Origin: Dehalococcoidia bacterium
Lineage (GTDB): Bacteria; Chloroflexota; Dehalococcoidia; Lucifugimonadales; JAGWBF01
NCBI GenBank assembly: GCA_965247055.1
Contig: CBDFGE010000006.1
Coordinates: 31,205 to 95,204, forward strand
DNA length: 64,000 nucleotides
Direction of reading: 5' to 3'
Part shown: in pieces, positions 46,977-54,037 of the stretch
Position numbering within the stretch: position 1 is the first letter of the stretch
Layout of the letters: each line of letters begins with the position of its first letter
The notes under the pieces: generated by a model
What the model was told of the DNA's origin: nothing
The model's input: only the letters and a program-made list of their open reading frames with translations
Databases searched by the model: none
Position numbers and translations under genes: made by a program

Positions 46977-48029
46977 TCACCCCCCTAGAGCCAGAGAGAG
47001 GGCCTCACTTATACCCACCGTCGCGCTGGCCCGCACCCTGCTTCCCCCCGCCAACTCCTCCACCCGGGCGGCGCCCTTTGATCTGGCGGCCAGGTCCCGG
47101 GCTATATCTACTAGGGCAGACCGGCCCGCATCCGGGGACGAGAAGTCTAATATCCAGTCGACGGTGCCCTCCTCGCCCTCTACCCTAGCGCTCACGGCCA
47201 GCCCCACGCAGCCCTCGTACCGCCCGATGAGCCGGCAGTCCCTGGACACAATCATGGCGCTCCCTGGAGGAAGGCCCGGGACCAGTCGGCTCACCTCGGG
47301 GTCAGAGAGGAAGCCCGCCCCTGGTGCTTCGGCCGTGTCCAGGACGGCCTCCACCAGATCTGCGCTCGACCTACCGGGGGAGAGAGCAAGAGCGAACACC
47401 GCCGTCTTGGCATCGATGAGGCTCATGGTCAAGGGCAGGGTAAGGAACGGGAGCTTGACGTCCACCGTGAACATTTCAAAAGCGCCATGCCCTTGGGACC
47501 GGGTCTCGGACTCCGGCGCCTTCACCGCGTTGAGGAAGTCCTCAATGTCCAGCGACCACCTTACTGCCCCTAACACTGCCCCCGATGCTACGGCCAGCGC
47601 CATCGCATCTGCCTGCTCCCTGAGGGGGGCTGCCACGGGGCCCAGCAGAGCCCATATTCCCAGATCGTCGAGGGCGTCCCCCAGCAGCGGGTTGGCCCGG
47701 ATAGCGGCGATGTCCACGTAGGTCACAGAGCTGGAGTCCGCGGGGATCACCGACAGCAGCTCCTCGAACGACCCCCGGTCCACCGGCAGGTTGGCGCCTT
47801 CTTGGGCCGAGGTGTCCGGGGCTGGCGCGGTGGTGGGCTGGGGCGTGGGAGTAGGACCAGGCGTCGGAGCCTTGGTTGGTGTCGTCGTAGGGACGGCAGT
47901 AGCCGCAGGGGAGGGGGTGGCCAGAGGGCTAGTCGCGGTGCATCCAATCATCGCCGCGACGAGAAGGAGGGACCCGCCCAAGAAGGCGTCCGCTCTAACC
48001 CTGCTCCTGCTATGGGAATCCCCCACCAT
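46977..48029 (-). CDS. hypothetical lipoprotein with PT-rich linker
   Basis: The start was chosen at MVGDSHSRSRVRADAFLGGSLLLVAAMIGC (lipobox-like AMIGC). The linker is TPSPAATAVPTTTPTKAPTPGPTPTPQPTTAPAP. The ORF-track 70-aa G/P-rich extension is rejected. Confidence 0.7.
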   Translation of the reverse strand: MVGDSHSRSRVRADAFLGGSLLLVAAMIGCTATSPLATPSPAATAVPTTTPTKAPTPGPTPTPQPTTAPAPDTSAQEGANLPVDRGSFEELLSVIPADSSSVTYVDIAAIRANPLLGDALDDLGIWALLGPVAAPLREQADAMALAVASGAVLGAVRWSLDIEDFLNAVKAPESETRSQGHGAFEMFTVDVKLPFLTLPLTMSLIDAKTAVFALALSPGRSSADLVEAVLDTAEAPGAGFLSDPEVSRLVPGLPPGSAMIVSRDCRLIGRYEGCVGLAVSARVEGEEGTVDWILDFSSPDAGRSALVDIARDLAARSKGAARVEELAGGSRVRASATVGISEALSLALGG

Positions 48030-48038
48030 CGGTTGGGC

Positions 48039-48067
48039 ATTGTAGCAGCTGGGCGTGGTGGTTTCAA
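48039..48067 (-). promoter_or_regulatory. sigma70-like promoter giving a (near-)leaderless lipoprotein mRNA
   Basis: On the minus strand: TTGAAA (48067-48062), a 17-nt spacer, then TACAAT (48044-48039). The ATG at 48029 begins 9 nt after the -10 hexamer, and there is no SD sequence. Confidence 0.45.
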
Positions 48068-48112
48068 CCAACGGCGGCAAGCGGCGCGGTGTTACCCGCC
48101 CATGGGAGTCGC

Positions 48113-49282
48113 CTACACCAACTCCCGCACTGCCTCCACCACCGAGCCGACCTCCTCCTCGGTATTGAAGAAGTGGAGGGACACCCGAAGGCAAGGGGGG
48201 TAGGTCACCGAACGGGCCACTATCCGGTGCCGCTCCCACAGCTGGGACGCGGCGAGCGTAGGGTCTACCCCGGCCACTACGAAGGACACCAGGCCCGAGG
48301 AGCTACGCCTGTCCAGGGGCGACAGCACAGTAACGCCGGGTATCTCCTGCAGCGCGTGCTTCATCGACGTCGCCAGGTCCAGGTTGCGGCGCTCGATCTC
48401 CTCGACCCCGATGTCCTGGATGAACCTCATGGCCTCCAGCATCCCGGCGCGCAGGGCGGTGCTGGATGAGGTGAGAAGGAACCTGTCTATCGAGGGGGCG
48501 CTTGGCTCGAAGCGCGTTGGGTCCTTCTGGGGGACAGCCGCCCGGCCCGACACGTACACCGGCTCCACCTGTGGTATCAGGTCCTTTCGTATGTATAGTG
48601 CCCCGGCCCCCTCGGACCCCAGGAGCCATTTCTGCCCAGGGATGGAGTAGAAGTCGCAGCCCAGGTCCCTCATGTCCAGAGGGATGTGGCCCGCCGTTTG
48701 CGCCCCATCCAGCAGCAGCAGGATGCCCCGATCCTTAGTAAGGCCCCGTATCTCTTTAACGGGCATCCGCAGGCCGCAAGAGTACTGGATATGGCTCAGG
48801 AAGATCAGGCGAGTGTGCTGTGTGAGGGCGTCCTCCAGTTTGGCGAGAATCGCGTCCGGCGGCTCGTCGGGGGCCAGGGACAGGATCTTGACCACCGCGC
48901 CGTGCCGCCGCTCCTGGTAGAAGCTGGGCACCAGCACCGAGCTGTGCTCCAGGTTGCAGGTGATGATCTCGTCCCCCGTCGCCCAGGTGAGCCCGTTTAT
49001 GACGATGTTGAGCCCCTCGGTGGTGTTGCAGGTGAGGCATATCTCCTCGGAGGAGGCGTTGAGCAGACCTGCCACCGCCTCTTTGGCCCTCGTCTGAAGC
49101 TCTCTGCCGCTCTCGTAGACCTTTGGACTCGTGGGTCCCTGGTCCATCTCGTAGTCCAGGCGCTCCTTGATGGCCGCCGTGACGGAAATCGGAGACGGAC
49201 CCGACCAGCCGGTGTTCATGTAGACCATGCTCCGGCAAGCAGGTAGCTGCTCCCTCAGTTGGGCAACGTCCATGCCAAGCAA
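48113..49282 (-). CDS. aminotransferase class V-fold PLP-dependent enzyme (cysteine desulfurase/isopenicillin-N epimerase-like)
   Basis: ...VYMNTGWSGP...CNTTEGLNIVINGL...LFLSHIQYSCG...DGAQTAGHIPLDMRDLGCDFYSIPGQKWLLG (Lys in the PGQKW context). Confidence 0.85.
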   Translation of the reverse strand: MLGMDVAQLREQLPACRSMVYMNTGWSGPSPISVTAAIKERLDYEMDQGPTSPKVYESGRELQTRAKEAVAGLLNASSEEICLTCNTTEGLNIVINGLTWATGDEIITCNLEHSSVLVPSFYQERRHGAVVKILSLAPDEPPDAILAKLEDALTQHTRLIFLSHIQYSCGLRMPVKEIRGLTKDRGILLLLDGAQTAGHIPLDMRDLGCDFYSIPGQKWLLGSEGAGALYIRKDLIPQVEPVYVSGRAAVPQKDPTRFEPSAPSIDRFLLTSSSTALRAGMLEAMRFIQDIGVEEIERRNLDLATSMKHALQEIPGVTVLSPLDRRSSSGLVSFVVAGVDPTLAASQLWERHRIVARSVTYPPCLRVSLHFFNTEEEVGSVVEAVRELV

Positions 49283-49452
49283 CCCCCGATCGCGAGCAAG
49301 TAGGCGCGGAATCGTAGTATACCATGGCAGACGGCCCCCAGGTCACTCACGCCTTGCTATGGCGGGCTATAGCGGCTGGGCGGAGCGGGGTGAGACGGGC
49401 CACCGGTGCTTCTGGCCCCCCCGGATGCCGCCCGAGAGGGGACCCCGTAACG

Positions 49453-49482
49453 TTGACATGATGCGGCAGTGTGGCGTACCAT
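49453..49482 (+). promoter_or_regulatory. sigma70-like promoter of the Fur-family gene
   Basis: TTGACA (49453-49458), an 18-nt spacer, then TACCAT (49477-49482). Confidence 0.4.
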
Positions 49483-49502
49483 CGTAAACTGACGCGTACA
49501 CG

Positions 49503-49994
49503 GTGAACGGTCTTAGGGAGGCTGTACAAGACAAACCGATGACACAAGAGCAGTTGGCCGAAAAACTGAAGCGTTGGGGGATACGACTCACCCCCCAGCG
49601 TCTTGCCATAGCAGAGGTGGTCATTAACTCCAGTGACCACCCATCAGTGCAGCAGATCTACGAGCGGGTCTCCCAGCGGTTCCCCTACATCACCCTGGCC
49701 ACGGTCTACTCGACGCTGGCTGTGTTGCAGAAAAAGGGCCTGGTACAGGAGCTGCCCTTCCAGAAGCTGTCCCGGTATGATGCCAACCTGACCCCCCACG
49801 CCAACCTGGTGTGCGTCTCTTGCGGAACCGTGGTGGATACCGAGGTGGGGCAAGACATGATCGAGCGCCTCAGGGCGGAGCTGGCGAGTAAAGCAGAGTT
49901 TGACATCGCTTCCCAGCGTGTGGACTTTTACGGCTGGTGCCCTCAATGCGCCATAAGCGCCGAGGAGTTTGCCGTCGTTCAAAGTCCTTCCTAG
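49503..49994 (+). CDS. Fur family transcriptional regulator (PerR/Zur-like)
   Basis: ...RLTPQRLAIAEVV......PSVQQIYERV....P.ITLATVYSTL..L...GLV.EL, with two CxxC pairs (CVSCG, CPQC). The start is either GTG at 49503 or ATG at 49539. Confidence 0.85.
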   Translation: MNGLREAVQDKPMTQEQLAEKLKRWGIRLTPQRLAIAEVVINSSDHPSVQQIYERVSQRFPYITLATVYSTLAVLQKKGLVQELPFQKLSRYDANLTPHANLVCVSCGTVVDTEVGQDMIERLRAELASKAEFDIASQRVDFYGWCPQCAISAEEFAVVQSPS

Positions 49995-50000
49995 GCGGTC

Positions 50001-52454
50001 CTACTCAAGCTCCCCCAGCACATCGGTGTCGGACACTTCCTTCCAGCATCTGATGAACGCATCATCCCCCATCCTGGACCTCAGACTGGAGAGGTGCGCC
50101 CTGGCGGCTTGGAGTAGGGGTAGCCCGTGGGCGGCGGCGATCTCGTAGGTGTGGGCCACGTACCATACCGCGTGGGGGTAGTTGCGACGCTGATCGGCCA
50201 GCAGTCCTAGCTGACCCCACGTGCTGGCCGCAGCAACATCACCCTCCACGCGCACAAGCAGATCCAACGCCCGGTGGTACAACTCCTCGGCCTCGTTGTG
50301 GCGTCCTTGCGCATGGGCGGCCACTCCAAGCTGGTGGTAGCTATTGGCTACGCCGGCGGCGTCCCCCAGCCGTTCGTAGGCGGCCAGCGCTTGCCGCAGG
50401 AGTGCCTCGGCCTCGTCGTACTCGTAGCGCCGGAGGGCGATAACCCCAACCTGGTAGTAGTCGCCGGCCGCCGCGGCCTCGTCACCCAGCTCCTCGTAAA
50501 CCAACAGGGCCCTTTGGTACCACCCCATGGCCTCCTCGTAGTCGAACCGAGCCTGGGACATCAGTCCCAGCCGATGGAAAATAGCGGCCTCTCCGGCCTT
50601 GTCCCCCAGGTGCTCATAGACGGCCCTTGCCCGGTGGTACAGTTCCAGGGCTTCCTCGGGTCTGGACCGTGCCTCGACCACCAGGGCCAGCTGGTGATAC
50701 TCGCTGGCCGACTCGGCCTCATCCCCCAGCCGCTCCCGAATCTCCACGGCCCTCCTGTGCCATGTCTCGGCGTCCTCGTAGCTTTGTCCCAGCTGGGCTA
50801 GCAGGCCCAGCTGGTGGTAGCTGTCCGCGCACTCCGCCTCGTTCTTCAGGGGTTCATTAATGTTCAATGCCTTGCCGTACCAGCCCTCCGCCTCCGGGGC
50901 GTTGCCTCTGCCTTGGGCGGCCAGGCCCAAGAGGTGACATGCCGACGCTATCCGGGGCTGGTCGGCCGGGTCCCGTGACGACTCCAGGTACCCCAGGACG
51001 GAGGAGCATATGCTCTCAGCCCTGTCCATCTCTCCCCGCTGGATGGCTTCGCTGGCATCGGTCATCTGGACGTACATCCACAGCTCCGTTGCATCCCGCC
51101 GCTCAGTCTGAGCGCCCTCGGATCCCAGGCGGGACAGCAGGCTGTCCTTGATGCGGCGCAGCTCCAGGACCCGGTCCTGCATCTTGTACACCTGTGCCAG
51201 CGGCTGGAGGAGGAGCTGGGCGCTGTCCCACTGCTCTGCCGCCACCGCCATCTCTAGCGCCCACAGCAGGTTGGCCTCCTCCGCGAGGACCCCGGTGACG
51301 GTCGACTGGGCGCTCTCCGATGAGAGGTTTTCGAGGAAATACTCGCCCATTCCCGCGTAGACCTGGACGAACTCCCGCTCCAGAGCTTCGATCTGGTCTA
51401 CCCCGAGACGGCGCCGGAGCTGCCGGGACAGCGTCGGGGCGACCGAGGGAGGGATCACGTAGGCACTCGGGGATACGGAGTCCAGAATGCCAAAGTCCCT
51501 TGCCTCCCTCAGGAAGCTGCGGCAGGCGCCCCACCCCATCTCCTCTCCCATGACCTTCCTGTACACCTCGCCCTGGGTGATGAAGGTCACCACGTCGAGG
51601 AGCACCCGCTGCCGGAGGACGGCCAGGAAGGGCAGGTGGGACCTGGTGCGGGGGGACAGGAGGGAGAAGGAGCAGTCCAGAGCGGCATCCATGATCTCCC
51701 ACTCTCCGGGGCCCGCCTCGCCGGGACCATTCAGAGAGAGGACGAGGTCGGCGGCCGAATGCTGCTTCAGATGGGGCAGCATCACCCTTGTGGCCATGGG
51801 GTTCCCTCGGAGAAGCCGTAGCAGCTCTGCATAGCCGGGTCCCGCTTCCGCCTCGCCTGTCTCCGAGCTTGCCAGGACCTCCCGTGCCAGGTCCCGGGCG
51901 TCCCCTTCCTTCAGGGGCCCGAGCTCTTGCCGCCTGTAGCCGATCCCGGCACCTTCTATCCACCCCGCGCTCTGGCCGGTGATCAGGACACAGGTGGGTC
52001 CGGGGTGTATGTCCTTGAGGAACTCCATGAGCTCCTGGCACTCACCTCGGTCCAGGTAGTCGAAGACGCGCTCGAAGTTGTCCCAGACGAGCAGGCAAGG
52101 GTGCTGCTTGACATAGTCCAAGACCCACTGCCGCTGCTGGTCCAGAGAGAGGCGGGCGAAGCCGATGCCCCGAAGGGTGGTCCCCACCTCGTGAAGCAGG
52201 CGGCACAACCCAGCCCCGTACTCGAAGGAGGTGTAGAGTATCCCTCCCTGCCTGTCGTCCCCCGCCGCCTGCCTACGCGCCAGCTCACAGGCCAGCTCTG
52301 TCTTGCCCACCCCTGGAGGCCCGGTGAGAAGTACGACGGATGGCTCTATCAGGGCCGCCGCCAACTCCTCTTCCCGGCCGACGAAGCCGTACCGACCCTG
52401 CGGCGGCAGGTCTACCGTCTGCTTGCCGCCGGTCTCCGGGCCTACGGGCTGCAT
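50001..52454 (-). CDS. STAND (NB-ARC-like) NTPase with C-terminal TPR array and no recognisable effector domain
   Basis: Walker A GPPGVGKTE (aa 44-52), Walker B CLLVWDNFE (aa 120-128), VLITGQS, and GNPMA (the GxP motif). Seven 40-aa TPR units follow. Only about 20 aa precede the NTPase core. Confidence 0.85.
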   Translation of the reverse strand: MQPVGPETGGKQTVDLPPQGRYGFVGREEELAAALIEPSVVLLTGPPGVGKTELACELARRQAAGDDRQGGILYTSFEYGAGLCRLLHEVGTTLRGIGFARLSLDQQRQWVLDYVKQHPCLLVWDNFERVFDYLDRGECQELMEFLKDIHPGPTCVLITGQSAGWIEGAGIGYRRQELGPLKEGDARDLAREVLASSETGEAEAGPGYAELLRLLRGNPMATRVMLPHLKQHSAADLVLSLNGPGEAGPGEWEIMDAALDCSFSLLSPRTRSHLPFLAVLRQRVLLDVVTFITQGEVYRKVMGEEMGWGACRSFLREARDFGILDSVSPSAYVIPPSVAPTLSRQLRRRLGVDQIEALEREFVQVYAGMGEYFLENLSSESAQSTVTGVLAEEANLLWALEMAVAAEQWDSAQLLLQPLAQVYKMQDRVLELRRIKDSLLSRLGSEGAQTERRDATELWMYVQMTDASEAIQRGEMDRAESICSSVLGYLESSRDPADQPRIASACHLLGLAAQGRGNAPEAEGWYGKALNINEPLKNEAECADSYHQLGLLAQLGQSYEDAETWHRRAVEIRERLGDEAESASEYHQLALVVEARSRPEEALELYHRARAVYEHLGDKAGEAAIFHRLGLMSQARFDYEEAMGWYQRALLVYEELGDEAAAAGDYYQVGVIALRRYEYDEAEALLRQALAAYERLGDAAGVANSYHQLGVAAHAQGRHNEAEELYHRALDLLVRVEGDVAAASTWGQLGLLADQRRNYPHAVWYVAHTYEIAAAHGLPLLQAARAHLSSLRSRMGDDAFIRCWKEVSDTDVLGELE
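50112..50951 (-). repeat. seven tandem 40-aa (120-bp) TPR-type coding repeats
   Basis: (Y/F/W/C)(H/Y/G)(Q/R/L)(L/V)G motifs fall at aa 506, 546, 586, 626, 666, 706 and 746, an exact 40-aa period. Units resemble YHQLG....G.Y.EAE..Y.RAL..YE.LGD.A..A. Confidence 0.85.
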
Positions 52455-52466
52455 ATTGGTGTCAAC

Positions 52467-53711
52467 TTATTCCACCAGGTCGGCCGCAGGGTAACTGACC
52501 CGGACCGTGACCATGTTCAATACAGCACAGGATATGACGAGGCAACCTATCAGGCCCAGCAGGGCCATGGGCTGCCCCAGCCCAAGGGTGCTCGATATGA
52601 GTGCCCACAAGAAGGGGCCGGCTACTCTCCCCAGTTTGCCCACCATCCCGTGGAGGCCGAAGAACTCCCCCAGGTACTGGGGAGGCGTAAGGCTCAGCAT
52701 GTAAGGCCGGTCCGCCGTCCAGCCGCCGGCCATCGCCACACCGGTGAGACATCCCACCAGCCACCACAGATGACTAGTCAAGGATAGCCACGCCATGCCC
52801 ACGGCGATCAGGAGCAGGACTATCCAGATGGTCAGCGCCGCGGTTAGGACCGATTTTGGGCCCAGACGGTCCACCATAGTACCCCAGATCACTCCACTAG
52901 GAACCGCGACGGAGATGCCCGCCAGCAGCACCAGCTGTATCTCTCTGTCGCTGAGGCCGACGGTCTGGAACGCGTAGACCACGGCGAAGGCCACGGCGGT
53001 GTTGATCCCCATACAGTAGAGCAGCCGGGCCAGCAGGAACTGGCGCAGTCCCGGGAACTGGTCCAGGTTCCGCAGGTTGCGACGGAGCTGTGAAAATCCT
53101 TCTATGACCTTGTCCCACGCCGTGGAGGCCGGTACCGGCCTCGGTGCCTCTTTCAGCAGGAAGAATATGGGGAGGGAGAACAGTAGAAAGAGGAGGGCCA
53201 CCACATGGATGACGAAGACATATCCCCTGGAGTCGGAAAAGATAGCCGCGACCCCCACCGCTATGAAGGCCCCCACGTAGCCGATACCCGTGCCCATTCC
53301 GGAGATTTTCCCTCGGTTGGACTCGGTGCTTACCTCCACGAGCAGCGCGTTGTAGAAGATGGTGCCCAGCTCCATACTGGCGAGGGCCAGGGCGAAAATG
53401 GAGAGGGTGACCACGAAGCCGCCCGTTCCCAAAACGAGGGTAGAGGCTACGCACAGGAGGGTCGTGGCCACCAGCAGAGGCATCCTGCGATTAGCGTGGT
53501 CGGAGATGGCCCCGAGAATGGGGGCCGTAACCAGCACTACGAACATGGCTGCGGCCAGCGTGTAGCCCAGGGTGGCGTCGTCTCCCCGCAGGTCCTTGGT
53601 TAGCCACAGGGGGAAACTGACGCCTACCACCCCGGTCCAGAAGACGGTGTTGGCCACATCGTAGGTCACCCAGGCGCCTACCGCGGCGCGCCTCGACCGC
53701 TGTTCCTTCAA
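52467..53711 (-). CDS. MFS transporter (UMF1/Atg22-like family)
   Basis: 414 aa with about 12 TM segments. N-terminal ...AWVTYDVANTVFWTGVVGVSFPLWL... is typical of the UMF1 family. Confidence 0.85.
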   Translation of the reverse strand: MKEQRSRRAAVGAWVTYDVANTVFWTGVVGVSFPLWLTKDLRGDDATLGYTLAAAMFVVLVTAPILGAISDHANRRMPLLVATTLLCVASTLVLGTGGFVVTLSIFALALASMELGTIFYNALLVEVSTESNRGKISGMGTGIGYVGAFIAVGVAAIFSDSRGYVFVIHVVALLFLLFSLPIFFLLKEAPRPVPASTAWDKVIEGFSQLRRNLRNLDQFPGLRQFLLARLLYCMGINTAVAFAVVYAFQTVGLSDREIQLVLLAGISVAVPSGVIWGTMVDRLGPKSVLTAALTIWIVLLLIAVGMAWLSLTSHLWWLVGCLTGVAMAGGWTADRPYMLSLTPPQYLGEFFGLHGMVGKLGRVAGPFLWALISSTLGLGQPMALLGLIGCLVISCAVLNMVTVRVSYPAADLVE

Positions 53712-53759
53712 GGGAGCGCCTCCCGAGGCGGTATATACTCAGCGACGGAGTATCACGGT

Positions 53760-53840
53760 CTAGCGTACTGGCCGGCCGGATACTACTGGGTTGTCTTCAT
53801 CGACGAACCGGCGGATGACCGCCTCGTTCTGCTCCGGCAT
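53760..53840 (-). pseudogene. possible 26-codon remnant of a SnoaL-like/ester-cyclase gene
   Basis: AGGAGG RBS, then MPEQNEAVIRRFVDEDNPVVSGRPVR*. The first 15 aa match the stereotyped N-terminus of ester cyclases (M..E.NKA.VRRF.EE). Too short for certainty. Confidence 0.25.
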
Positions 53841-54037
53841 CGGCTCGGCACCTCCTCGTAGTACACGAGAGCCCGAGATACCCGCCCGGCCTCAGGCCAA
53901 TATAGCGCCGGGAGCTACCGGCGTCAAGGCTAGGAGGACGCTGCCGCTGGCGTGCTCTTCGAGTAAGATATGGTACGGGGGTGTGGAGGTGTGGGGCAGC
54001 GTCCTCCGGTCCCCGGTATATCGATGAGGTGGAGCCC

